From Octopus sinensis (Eukaryota), in assembly GCF_006345805.1 (NCBI RefSeq), contig NC_043004.1, positions 27,280,001 through 27,344,000 of the forward strand: a stretch of 64,000 bases of DNA. Reading direction: 5' to 3'. The notes beneath the pieces were generated by a model. The model saw nothing but the letters and a program-made list of their open reading frames with translations, had not been told where the DNA came from and made no database searches. Numbering within the stretch: the first letter of the stretch is position 1; the number at the start of each line of letters is the position of its first letter. The position numbers were made by a program, and so were the translations under genes. Below, piece after piece: positions 13,366-26,400 of the stretch.

Positions 13366-14559
13366 CATGGGGTTGAATGCATTTGGAATCTGTTTGATCA
13401 TTTCTACTTGATCAGGGATGACCTGGGGCTAAATAATAACTGTGTTACAACGAAATTTTAAAATTTACACAGATTTAAGAGAAATACACTTTGTTAAATA
13501 GCTCTGTCTGTCTATCTATTTATTTATCTATCTATCACTTAGTCTCTCACTCTCTCTCCCACTCTCTCTCCGCATATATGTCTATGTCAGTGTGTGTGCG
13601 CATGCACATCTACACACACGCACACACACACACACACACACAAGATTAGAATAAAACTGGAGAGTCAGTCACAAAAATTTTGATCAATCTAGGTTTAATA
13701 CTCCATTGAAAGTTTGGCACATGGATTTACATGGCATTCTAAACAAAGATTAATTGTTATGCAATCTCATTCAGAATAAGTCCTGGGGTTGACTTGTTCG
13801 ACTAAAGGTGTTGCTCCAGCACGGATGCAGTCAAGTGACTGAAGCAAGTAAAAGAATAAAAGAATAAAAGAATAAAAGAATAAAAGAATAAAAGAATACA
13901 AATATTTCTACATAAGTGTTTTAAACACCGCATGTGTTGCAGCATATCTATATAAGCAATGCACACAGCTTATCATATTTATATAAACACATCACTGTAA
14001 TATTACACATAAAGAAAGAGGCCAAGTGACATTTCAAAACAATTCACAAAAACAAAATAAGAAAATAAGAATGATAAATATGTATGTTTAAGTACAATTG
14101 CAGGATTAAAAGCAACCCAAAAGGGAAGATTACCCGAGCTGTGAACAACTTTAAATTTCATTCTGACAAAACTTTGTTGTGACTATTAAGCAACATCATA
14201 ATCTATTTTGAAAAAACAAATACAAATATCAGTGAATAAACAAAATCATCATGGCTAAACACATGAGTCTTCTTTGACCAAATCATGACTACAGTCACTG
14301 TATTCGATGATCCTACAGTCTTAACAAAGATTTATATGAAGCATATCTATAACCTGACCCCCAGTTTTATATAAAGGATAAAAAATATGTGGCACTTCAA
14401 ACATACAGAATCATATTTTTCCTCAAAATATTTAGATGGACAAGCTAAGCATATCATTAGATATAAATTGATACATCTAACAGAAATTTGAATATATGCC
14501 ATTGTATTTTGCTCAGTAAAGAACCAAATTCATTTTATTAGTTTCTTTTGTACTTTACC

Positions 14560-15320
14560 TGAAAATTAAGATATATTTTGTCATTAAATTGCGAGAAAAT
14601 CTTCGGTAATAGGAAAGAGCTAATTTGATATTTCGAATTAGCACCACAAAACTACATAATGTGACATACAATTATCAAAAGGATTTTCAAAAAGTTCCAC
14701 TTAACAGATTTGTGTCATCTAATTTATGGAGAGTCTCAAATAATTAGGTAGAGTGCTTAAGTCTCTGGCTGGAGAAGATGTTCCAATGCATGGTAACATA
14801 TTGTTTTACATTTTATATACAATGTTCATATGTATGCATTGCCCATCAAGGGGACTATCTGCAATGGTTACATCAGGTGGTGGAAGCTTGGGGCAGAATA
14901 GTTTGTCAGGTGCCCCAGTTCTGTAGTGATTAGTGAGATGCATACTTGGTAGGTGGAACTTAGAGTGTAGGGTTAAGTTTTGCATATAACCCAAGAATTC
15001 CTGGAAGCTCTATCTGTCCTGCAATCCTTCCTGTTCCCATAGATCCTCTCAGAGTATAGGTGTGTGTGATCTGGGTTTGAGTTACCACAAGAGGTAGCCT
15101 TAGAATCTACTGTTTCCCTAAAGTAGATCCACACATTATGCTTAGCAAACTTTAAACTTATTTGAAGCAGCTATATTGATGAACACGGTTTGTGTGTTGT
15201 AGTAGGATAGGTTGATGGTAGTCTTGTTGAAAATTCTACTGTACCTATATTGTGGAGGTAAAGCTTTCTGATCTGGAAAAAAAAAGATTCCAGGAATGTT
15301 GGTTTTGACATTAGATAGGA
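14560..15320 (-). mobile_element. Degenerate Penelope-like element (linker and GIY-YIG region)
   Basis: Minus-strand YSRIFNKTTINLSY (cf. IFN.NT.K.SYSC) and SPLDGQCIHMNIVYK (cf. CPL.G.C....IVYKA), characteristic of one Penelope group. Confidence 0.6.
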
Positions 15321-16642
15321 ATGGTGTTAATAATGTCTAATATGTTCTTTCCATTTTAAGCTGGTAAGCTGTGATTGGAGAAAGATTTGGCTCTTTTTTC
15401 AAGAAGGAAGCACAACTAACTGTTTAGAAGTGCAATCATTGGTTCATTGAATGCGTAATTGCTGAGAAAGTCAATCAGATGGAAAATAATTATTTTTGCA
15501 TTAATTGAAAATTCAAATTAGCAGGCACCATTTTGATGTAAACATATTTGGCTGAATCTCTTGCCTTCATCCCACCCTATACCCTAGATCAGATTACATG
15601 TCTCTTTCTCTTGCATCTGCCCCTGGGATGGACCACCAACGATATGGGTGGTCAGCAATCTTTGGTTTAATGCCCAAAGGACCCTGTTCTACAAACCAGG
15701 TTGCACTCTGTGTAGATCCAGTCTTATAATTAGTGTGCCCAGGGTCACTGCTGAGCCAGGTGAGCTATATGTTACCCCCACACCACTCACACACACATAT
15801 ACCCTGGAGGTCAGATTATTGCTGTACTGAATTGGTGCCCAATTTGATCTATTGGGGTTGGCTACAGGTTCTAAGGTCACTCAACCTGTGATGGGAAGGT
15901 AAGATTTCAGTAGCTTCTAACTACTAATACTGTTAAGATTCTACCTTTCTCTACAGAATTTCAGGGTCAGTTTAAGCTTGGTGTCCATTTTGAGTGCTGT
16001 GTATTTTGCTGCACATTTTGAAAAATATATGAAAATTTTAGTCCCAGGACAAAAACGTGGAAATGTTTTCTATGCCTTTTCCAGTCTAGACTGTGGACAT
16101 CCAAAAGCAATTAGAAGAGAGAGTATCATCCTTATTGAGCCTGCTCCCATACTTCAGGCTTTCAAAACTCTCCTTCAAATAGTAGAGTATATATAAACCT
16201 ACAAGTGGAAGTGTATGACTTAGTGGTTAGGGTGTTGGACTCATGATTATAAGATTGTGGTTTTGATTCCTGGACCAGGTGATGCATTGTGTGCTTGAAG
16301 AAAACACTTTATTTCACATTGCTTCAGTCCACTCAGCTGGTAAAAATGAGGAACCCTGCAAAAGTCCAGTATACCATTCAGATAGGAATGTATATATGCC
16401 AGAGGAACTGGAAAATTAGATCTATGCTACTTACAGAGTAATGTGGCCTAACCATATAGACCTACAAAGTTGGTAACTTGGGCAGAGTCTAAAGAACCCA
16501 TAGCCATGTCAAACTCATCAGCCCTAGATTGTATTTGCTAATGATTCTCCTGGAAAGAAATTAGAGTTCTCCCAGCTTTTGAAAAAACCTGTGAATGAAA
16601 CTTTTACTTTCATAACTCTCTATGAATTAAAACACATACACA

Positions 16643-17806
16643 CATGGGGGATGACTGAAAAGTTCATAGGTTGACTGAGATATTCTCATTGAATGTGACT
16701 GAATGATGTTCTATTTTCAACATAGTCTCCCCTTGCTGTCCACACACTTCTTCCATCAGTGTTGCAGTGCTTGGATGCAATTGGTGAACAAACTTTCATC
16801 TTGTTGTTGTTCAAAAAAGTCATCACAATAGATTTGACGTCATCATCACAGCAATACTGGTTCTCAACCATGCATTTTTTCATGTTGGAGAACAGACAAT
16901 AGCTAGATGGAGGCTAATCAGGAGAACAGGGAGGCTGATCAACCAGTTCAAAAGCTTCAGTCATGCACAGCAGCCACTGAAAGCAAGGACTTGTGTGCTG
17001 GAGCACTGTCCTGATGAAACAGGACCCCTTTTGTCAGTTTCCCTTGGTGTTTGGTTCTGATAGCCTTTCATAATTGTCTCAGCAAGCTGGGATAGTGCTC
17101 TCTATTGATGGTGTAACCCTTTTAAAGATAGTCAATAAGCACAATGCCTTTTGTATCTATAAAAACAGAGGCCATCACCTTCCTTGCAGAGGAAACAACT
17201 GTGGCGTTCTTTGAAGCAGGTGAGGAGGAGTGTTTCCACTGCATGGATTGTCTCTTTGTCTCTGGCTCATACTGAGGAATTCAAAAGTTCCTTCTAGGTT
17301 AGGAAATGTTCAAGGAAACCAGCTGGTTCTGCTTCAAACAATTTCTGATTTCCCAGTGATGTGATCAGCCTGATGCACTTTTGACCAGGTATCAGAAGAC
17401 ATGGTACCCACCAAGCAGAAACCTTTGTCATGTTAAGTTCATTGTACAGAATATTCTCAACTCTCTCACAGAATATGCTAATAACATTGGCTATTTGATG
17501 TAGAATCAATCGCCTGCATCCATCACCATGTGGTGAACAGTCATCCCCTAATGCAGCAAGTTGTCAGCTAAACCCTTTTCCTGTAAGTACTTGATAACAC
17601 CATGATACCAAATTTTGTCCATTTTCAAAAGAGGTAGCTAATAGCAAGTTTTGAAGTCTTCTTTGAAGAGTCAGATGTCAGTCTATATGGAACAAAACAA
17701 TACATTTATTAATAAAACAAGTTGAAATTAATGCATGCAAGATTTCACAGCTTTAGCATCACTCCTTCATAGTCAGCCTATGTACTTTTCCAGCCCACCC
17801 TCATCT
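16643..17806 (-). mobile_element. Mariner (Tc1/mariner) transposon relic, near full length
   Basis: Degenerate TIRs GGGG.TGACTGAAAAGTTCATAGG.TGAC (~16645-16675) and complement (~17770-17805); minus-strand MDKIWYHGVIKYLQEKGL and KVSAWWVPCLL motifs; many stops. Confidence 0.85.
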
Positions 17807-19818
17807 AAATATGTATGTATGTAATTGTGTGTATGTCTGTGTATGTAATTGTGTGTATGTGCATGTATAATACACTTTCTAACACACTTATCAAGCAGTA
17901 AAATTAGACTAGATGAGATGCAGTTCAGTTTTGAGCAGGAAGGAGCTACTGCTGGTAGCATCTTCCTAGTTCGATAATTGCAGGGAAAGTTCCTAACTTG
18001 AAATAAGCTCCTATACCAAGCATTTGTTGTCTTGAAGAAAGCTTTGGCAAGGATCAATACTCTGTATCTATTGATCACTATAAGAACAAGGGACAAATAG
18101 ACAGAATGTGAGACCTATACAAACCATGTATCAATTAACATGAGAGTCATTCAATGACTCCAGTAATAAATCTTAGGTACAGTTAGGGACCAACCAAGAA
18201 TTAGTCTATAGTCCTTTCTGTTTGTTGTAATCAGATAAGAGTTATATGACTGTATAATAGTTATATGGCATAATTATATGACATATTATTTATGTGCCAA
18301 AACAGAGAAATTAATGTCTGTCCTAGTCCTTATAGGTAATTCTCTACTAATTCAAAGAAGAAATTTCAGATTTGGAAGTAAAGCCTAGAATTAAGAGACC
18401 TCAAAGCAAACTTAGCTAAAACTACAGTTTTAGAATGTAGAAAAAAAGACAGGATACTGTTACATGAAAAAAGTGATCATGTATAATATACAGAAGTGTT
18501 GCTAGTGGAAATTTCCTGCTGCGTACTCAGTGTAAGTTATGAATGTATAAAGTTATGAATGGGGTCATGGGTAGGCTGACAGAGATGGTATCAGGAACAT
18601 GGAAGGAGTTACTAGTAGGAATCCGTGTGGAAAAACTCCTATCGGAAGGATCACTAGAAGCAGTCGTGTGTGTATGTATGTGTGTGAACGTTGTTCAAAT
18701 TGTCCTCAGTAATAATAAACAGATAAAGACCGAAATGAAGCAGTGTTTTTCTTTACATTCTCTTGTAAACAAAAGACCTCTACTTTCTGTTTCCAGTGTG
18801 CAAGAACAGTTGCAAAGAGGAGGCTGGTGATAAACAGGAGGAGGAGATTTATAAAGAGGAATATTTTTATTTTCATTACAAATTAATTAATGATTGAAGA
18901 GCTTAAAATTATCTCTAAAATTGAAATTTACAAGAATTTTTATATTTTATTTGCATAAAGTATTTTTTTTTAATTCATTGTAGGGGTAAATATAACAATA
19001 TAATTATAATATAACATTATAACAATATAATTATAATACTGACACAAATTGATCGTGATTCATTTTCCACAATGTCCATTCCAATTGTTTGGATATAACT
19101 GGACACACAGACTTGTATTTATTTTATGGTTTTTACTGGTCTTTTTCTCCTTCTTTTCTCTGAAATTCCCTGCTAAATGACTATGCACATTATAGTTACC
19201 AGTATAATTAATATTGATTGCTTGCTAATATGAAATCCTCAAGAATTAATTTCACTATCAATTAATCATTTATTGCAATCCATGCATAATTCGAGAAATA
19301 TTCTTCTCTTGTTGGCCATATTGAATATTTATTTTGCCAAATTTTCACGAAATAGTGATTGTTCTTTACTGTGATTTCAGTGGAAAAGAATGATTTGTAG
19401 TTGCTTCAGTTATCTCAGAACTAACCAAAGGACAAATAGGTAAGTTACTGTTCAATTCCACGTTGAACTTTCACCATTTTTCTTGGCGTGGGGAGAGACC
19501 ATTCTATTATAGACCCCTCCTGTCTCTATTGTCTTCATTTCATAAATTTTTAAATTAGCTGATTTTTAATGAAGTTAATTCCTTTACTTTTGGAGTTACC
19601 TCTTGCTTATTGTTTTTGGATTTTTAAACATCCTTTGAGGAAATTTTTTTTACTTTTGATTGTAAGATAGTCTCAGTTCAATGAAGTTTTGTTTTCAACT
19701 CACTTTATATAAACCTCTATTATATATAAATATCATAGGTTACCATAACATCTGGGTATTTCATTTGGGCCTAGAGTTGAAGTAACTAGAAGCAGACATG
19801 AAACTCATCCAAGAGTAG

Positions 19819-22800
19819 TGTGATGTGAAGGAGAAGCAGAAGGAGAATTACGGTGGTCTTACCTGTCTATCTGGAAGGAGTCACTCACAAAGTCTACATG
19901 CTGTGCCTGCCACCATACTGCCTGTGTGGAAGGGGTCACTTACTACGTCCATATGCTCAGTCTGCCACTGTATCATCTAACAGTCTACTCTCATATGCTA
20001 TCCACTGCCAACTGCCCGCTTGCACCTCACCAACCCCACATGCCCACCACAACCTTTCTGGTGGGACCCGCAGGCTCCACTTCTAACAGGAACTGCGTTC
20101 TCCCTCACTTCGGGTCCTTCTCTCCAACACAGCCTGGCTCATAACACCACATGCGCCCCCACCTCTGATCTGAAGACCATTCAACCAACCTGCCCACACC
20201 CTCTCCTCAGCCCTAACCACACACCTTAACTTGTCTTGTAATCAGCTGATCAGTGAGAAGGGCACCACTCCCTCTGCGACTGCCGTGGGACTTCAGGGCT
20301 TGCCTCAGTCCCTGGCATGTTGCTGCTGGCTTCGTCCTCTTGTCCATTATTGTTGGCTCCATCCTCAGATGCATTGATGATCCTGTGCACATCCAAAACA
20401 TGACGTGGCATATCATCTTTCGACACATTGTTCCTCAAATTTACAAAGGTTATTGTCCCTTTTCTCCATTGTGATGTGCACTGTGCATTTGGGGGTTTAA
20501 CCCAGACTTCTTTCCTGATTTGCACAAAGGTATGCTCTTTCTCTTCTGTGGGATGCATGATGGAGTACATGGATGTCTCCACTTGTACTTAAATATTGCC
20601 CTGTGTAGCACTGACTCCTTAGCCTATCCTGACCTGGGCAACATATTATACCAAAAAAACGTCCTCGACTGGTGGAATGTGGTTCCTCTTTGCCATGGTT
20701 TTGATGGTGCGATGATGCCTCTCCATAACCCCATTGCCACTTGGCCAGAATGCTGCCCAGAAGAAACAGCTAACATGTGACTTGTCGAGCATTTCCCTCA
20801 GCACCTCCAAGTGACATGCAGTGCCATTGTCACAAGCAGCTCATCCATGGGGCCTCATTCTAGGAATATCTCATTTAGTATTCTTGTGATTTCCTTCATG
20901 GTCCCTGTCTTATTCTCTATCCATATGGCCAACCACCCCAGTCCATAGTCGACCATTGAGAGGTATATCCCCTGACAGTAGTGCCTCACGTCCACTGCCA
21001 GTCATTTCCAGTTGTGTTCCACCGGAATGCTTCCTACCTCATGCACACCCGGAGCAGGGTCACTGGACTGGCACCTGTCACAGCTCCCAACTACTTGCTG
21101 TACACGCTGCCTGGTCACATTAGAGTCAACTTTCCTGACTGGAACAGGGTCCTGTCCTCCCCCATGTGATGCATGGTATGCAGTCTCCTGAGCTCCAAGT
21201 CACTCAGTTGACACACAGCAGCCATTCCTTGCTCCAGATCCTCTGGCACATGCAACCAGGCTTCCTTTACTCTGGTTAGAACGTCCACCCTATTCCTCTC
21301 AGAGAATAGAAAAACCACACTCAGCCTCAGGTGAAACTCGGCAGCTAGCTCTCCCAGAATTCCCAAGTGGCGTCTTATCAGCATCTCTGTGAGATGCTGA
21401 TAAGATGCCACCTAAGTACAGTGGCCGAATCAGTCCGGATCTCAATGGTACACAGCCTCCACCTCAGGGCCAGGTTCATGGCATACAGCTCCACCATGTT
21501 GATGTGGTTGCAGTTGTCCTTTTTCCTGAGCCAGACCACATCCTCCACCACGACACCTCCAATTTCCAGAACAGTGTAATGTCGAGGCACATAGCACCCC
21601 CACATTACACTGGCTTCATTGACCGTGACACCTTCCCAAACAGACAATTGCATCCATCTCCATCACCACATTGATTCCATCCACAACGTGGTCAATCACA
21701 ATCACATGCAACCTCATTCTTGTTCCTCATACCGCCATCACCACATCACTACGTCCTCTGCATTCAACTTCCATGCCATCAACAGCCCTTACACTATTCA
21801 CTCCATTCCATTCTTCTACCACTTCATTAGAGTTGTTGAGCAGCCATGTCTGTGAGGGCTCATGATACCTTTTCTTCTACCACAATGACCACTACTAGCA
21901 ATGACTCTATATGTGCCTCTGTTCTTTCAACAGGACGATTGCTGATGCAGTAGTCTCCCTTAGACTGTTTCCCTGAATACATTCACTAGTGATGTGACCT
22001 GTTTGTCTGCATCGATAGCAAATCACTCCAGGCTTGAGTTCCTTGCAATCTCTCACCATGTGCGAACCTTGACACTGAAAACATTGCTCTCTGAAGGGTT
22101 GCACACATTCTTTGTTTGACCCCTCTCCACTGTGCTTTGTTTGACCCCTTCTCATTGTTGCAGTTGCTGCTAGCGGTGTTGTCCTGCAACACGAGGTGAG
22201 GACTCTAGTCCGAGATATTACCTCACCCATCGCCATGGAGTGAATATTCGGCAGCTTTTGCAGTTCAGCTGACATGAGGTTAGGAAATCCAATCACAAAT
22301 GCTAATTTGACTGTTCATTCCAGTGCCTCATCTGTGTATCCTGCAAGTTTGGCCAATCCTGATTATGTTGGCAAACACATCGACCTGTTCACCCGTCCAC
22401 TTCGCTATCCGCAGTCGACCGTATGCCAAGAATGGCCCTTCCATAAAAGCCTCCATCAGCCGGACTTCTCCATTATCTGCACTTAACTGGTCCTTCCTCA
22501 TTTCCAGGTAGGATAGCGCCAACGCCGATCCATCAAGGTATAATGGTATAAAACTCACTAGGTAATCTATACCATAGAGTTTTGCGACCAGCTTAATCTT
22601 TTTCAAATAAGTGGCAATGTCTCCCTCACCACAAAATGGCATAACCATCTCATTCAAAACACGGAGCATACCCATCATTTTTTTTTTTTTTTAGCTGAAA
22701 TAGCTTGTGATGTGAAGGAGGAAAAGACAGAGGCAGAGGGAGAATTTTGGCGATCTTACCTGTTTATCTGGGAGGGGTCACTCACAATGTCCATGTGCTC

Positions 22801-22972
22801 TGTCTGCCACTGTACCGTCTAATAGGTCTACTCTCATACGCTATCCACTGCCAACCCCACATGCCCACTGCAGCCCTTCCAGTGGGAACCGCAGGTCCAA
22901 CTTCCAACAAGACCTACATACTCCCTCACTTCCGGTCCTTCCCTCCAATACAGCCTGGCTCATAACACCACA
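19819..22972 (-). mobile_element. Gypsy-type LTR retrotransposon, RT deleted (LTR-gag-PR-RH-IN-LTR)
   Basis: Direct repeats 19819-20151 and 22706-22972 with TG..CA ends; 5-bp flanks AGTAG/GGTAG; gag with CCHC (CYRCRQTGHITSEC); protease (ALTD/TGCSTT..V.MD); RNase H (HINMVEL.A..TDS..V..W); integrase (HH.G..RTL, GVMERHHRTIK); PPT-like AGAGGTGGGGG on the minus strand next to the 3' LTR. Confidence 0.85.
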
Positions 22973-23359
22973 GGTAGCATTGTCTCTCATCGGCTTTATG
23001 ATACAGAAACTACAGCTAAGGAGTGGGCCTTACTGCCTATTTTCTTGATTTTCAGAAATCAAGAAAGTATAAACATTTAAATTTAATTGAGTAGAAAACT
23101 GAGAATTAGTCAATCAAAGAACTGAAAACTTTCAGTGTAAAGTATAAAAAAAAAGTGAACGAAATGGGTTGTTGATTAGTTCCAGGTCAGCCTTAATTGA
23201 ACAGTAAAACAAGGATTAAAGAGATTCCAAGTGTGAACATCCTGTATTTTTTCAAATTTGCGTTGTCTATGACTGTCTTGTCCAATGTATTCTTTGTTAT
23301 CAACAATAGGCTGAATTTAAAGCAAATTTGGTAGTTATTTCTATAAGTTTAAATCATCA

Positions 23360-23690
23360 TCATCATCATCGTCATCAATTAACGTTCATTTTCCATGCCT
23401 GCATGGCTTGGATAGTTTGAATGAGATCTGGAGAGCCAGCAGCTGCACCAGGATCTAAATCTGATCTGGCAATGTTTCTACGCCAACCACTCTGAGAGTG
23501 TAGTGGGTGCTTTTTATGTGCCACTGGCACAGGAGCCAGCTAGGCGGGCCTGGCATCGATCACATTCAGATAGTGCTTTTTACATGCCACCGGCACAGAA
23601 GCCAATCAGAAGGCCCTGGTATTGCTCATGTTCAGATGGTGCTTTCTGCGTGCCACCGGCAAGGGAGCCAGTCAGGCAGCCCTGGCATTG
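23360..23690 (-). mobile_element. RTE-tail short element, family B (ends in (GAT)n)
   Basis: Shares the terminal CCATGC.AGCATGGAAA..GGACGTTAA-(GAT)n block with the RTE 3' UTR at 62420-63005; other copies at ~2810-3130(+), 41165-41450(+), 42000-42190(-), 59290-59500(-), 60450-60665(+). Confidence 0.75.
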
Positions 23691-24805
23691 ATTCTGTGAT
23701 TGGATTTCTCATTTAGAGGGTCTACTGGGAAGGAAATATATTGTTAATGGGAACATTGCAGTAACAGTAGAGTTATCAGGTGGTGTAGGTGTTGAAGAAA
23801 GTGGGAAGCAGAGGGAAGGTGATGAATTGCTGAAACATTATTTTCATTTTAATTATAGGTAAATCTATTTCATCTAACAGTGTTGGGAAGCACAGACAAG
23901 CATCTATGATATTTCTGCTGTCTATGGGAACTCCTACATACCAAAGATCTAGTTCTTGTAGCAGAACCTACAGAGGGTAAGGAGAAGAAATTTCAGTTAA
24001 TGGAAACCTAACCAAAGCTAAACTTTTGTTAAATAGAAAAGACAATGCCCCTGCCTCCATCAAAGAAATGGCTAAATGGACAGAAACTGCATACAGTGAA
24101 CCTTGGATTAAAATGGGCAAAATTATGGTGTGAGATCACAGGCAGGCTAACAAAAATGTAACCTCCATTTACATCAAGTACAAAGGAGTGTAAAACACAA
24201 AGGACATCCAAAAATAGGTTCTCTCAGATTCAAATGCTTCAGTGGCTATTTAGAAATTGTTAATAACTTCTGTTATCTAGGTAACTTAATTGGCAGTGGG
24301 TGAATGATCAAAAGTCCTAACAGCCAGAGTAAGAACAAGTTGGCGAAAAATTTAGCAAGTTATTATTCTTTGGGTAAAATTCCTAGTGGAATGGTATTTT
24401 ATCAGTCAGGAAAGATGCTGCTTGACTATTTGGTGCCATGTAAGTTGGATTAATATGCTTTGTAAAATAGGAATGAATACAAGATGGCTAAGAAAGACCA
24501 CAAATTAAGCCAAAACAATAACTTTTTTTACCATAATCCTGTCAATCCCTACCACTACCACCACTACAACCACCACCATCCCCATCGCTACCACTACCAC
24601 CACCAACATCATCGCCACCACTATCATCATCATCATCATCCTCATTGTCAACATTGTTGTTATTGCTATCTTCGCCATCATCATCATCATTATCATCATC
24701 ATCATTAACAACTGTCACATTCAAAGAAGCCCCCTTATATTTTATGTAAGGGGGCTTACATATTGACAAGCTTAGGTAAGGGTGCTTACTTCATATTGAC
24801 ATGTG

Positions 24806-26400
24806 TCAAATACCTTGCAGTATCACATACCAGTTTCTCAGTTCATTTCCACTCAAATACCTTGACGTGTCACATACCAGTTTCTCAGTTCATTTCCACT
24901 CAAATACCTTGCAGTGTCACATACCAGTTTCTCAGTTCATTTGCACTCAAATACCTTGCAGTATCACATACCAGTTTCTCAGTTCATTTGCACTCAAATA
25001 CCTTGCAGTGTCACATACCAGTTTCTCAGTTCATTTGCACTCAAATACCTTGCAGTGTCACATACCAGTTTCTCAGTTCATTTGCACTCAAATACCTTGC
25101 AGTGTCACATACCAGTTCTCAGTTCATTTGCACTCAAATACCTTGCTGTATCACATACCAGTTTCTCAGTTCATTTGCACTCAAATACCCTGCTGTATCA
25201 CATACCAGTTTCTCAGTTCATTTGCACTCAAATACCTTGCAGTGTCACATACAGTTTCTCAGTTCATTTCACTCAAATACCTTGCAGTGTCACATACAGT
25301 TTCTCAGTTCATTTGCACTCAAATACCTTGCAGTGTCACATACCAGTTTCTCAGTTCATTTGCACTCAAATACATTGCTGTATCACATACCAGTTTCTCA
25401 GTTCATTTCACTCAAATACCTTGCAGTGTCACATACCAGTTTCTCAGTTCATTTGCACTCAAATACCTTGCAGTATCACATACCAGTTTCTCAGTTCATT
25501 TGCACTCAAATACCTTGCAGTGTCACATACCAGTTTCTCAGTTCATTTGCACTCAAATACCTTGCAGTGTCACATACCAGTTTCTCAGTCCATTTGCACT
25601 CAAATACCTTGCAGTGTCACATACCAGTTTCTCAGTTCATTTCCACTCAAATACCTTGCAGTGTCACATACCAGTTTCTCAGTTCATTTGCACTCAAATA
25701 CCTTGCTGTATCACATACCAGTTTCTCAGTTCATTTGCACTCAAATACCTTGCTGTATCACATACCAGTTTCTCAGTTCATTTGCACTCAAATACCTTGC
25801 AGTGTCACATACCAGTTTCTCAGTTCATTTGCACTCAAATACCTTGCAGTGTCACATACCAGTTTCTCAGTTCATTTGCACTCAAATACCTTGCTGTATC
25901 ACGTACCAGTTTCTCAGTTCATTTGCACTCAAATACCTTGCTGTATCACATACCAGTTTCTCAGTTCATTTGCACTCAAATACCTTGCAGTGTCACATAC
26001 CAGTTTCTCAGTTCATTTGCACTCAAATACCTTGACGTGTCACATACCAGTTTCTCAGTTCATTTGCACTCAAATACCTTGCAGTGTCACATACCAGTTT
26101 CTCAGTTCATTTGCACTCAAATACCTTGCAGTGTCACATACCAGTTTCTCAGTTCATTTGCACTCAAATACCTTGCTGTATCACATACCAGTTTCTCAGT
26201 TCATTTGCACTCAAATACCTTGCTGTATCACATACCAGTTTCTCAGTTCATTTGCACTCAAATACCTTGCAGTACCACATACCAATTTCTCAGTTCATTT
26301 GCACTCAAATACCTTGCAGTATCACATACCAGTTTCTCAGTTCATTTGCACTCAAATACCTTGCAGTATCACATACCAGTTTCTCAGTTCATTTGCACTC
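24806..26400. repeat. 47-bp minisatellite, ~34 tandem copies
   Basis: Unit GCAGTGTCACATACCAGTTTCTCAGTTCATTTGCACTCAAATACCTT; 47-aa periodicity in the ORF track equals three 47-bp units; no spacers. Confidence 0.97.

Noticed and set aside
17860-18150. Possible Penelope GIY-YIG fragment on the minus strand
   Set aside because: Only a vague resemblance (FKT..WY.S.F); no diagnostic GIY-YIG residues are left.
24484-24720. His-rich ORF
   Set aside because: Trinucleotide (CAC/CAT) low-complexity tract with no splice or codon support.
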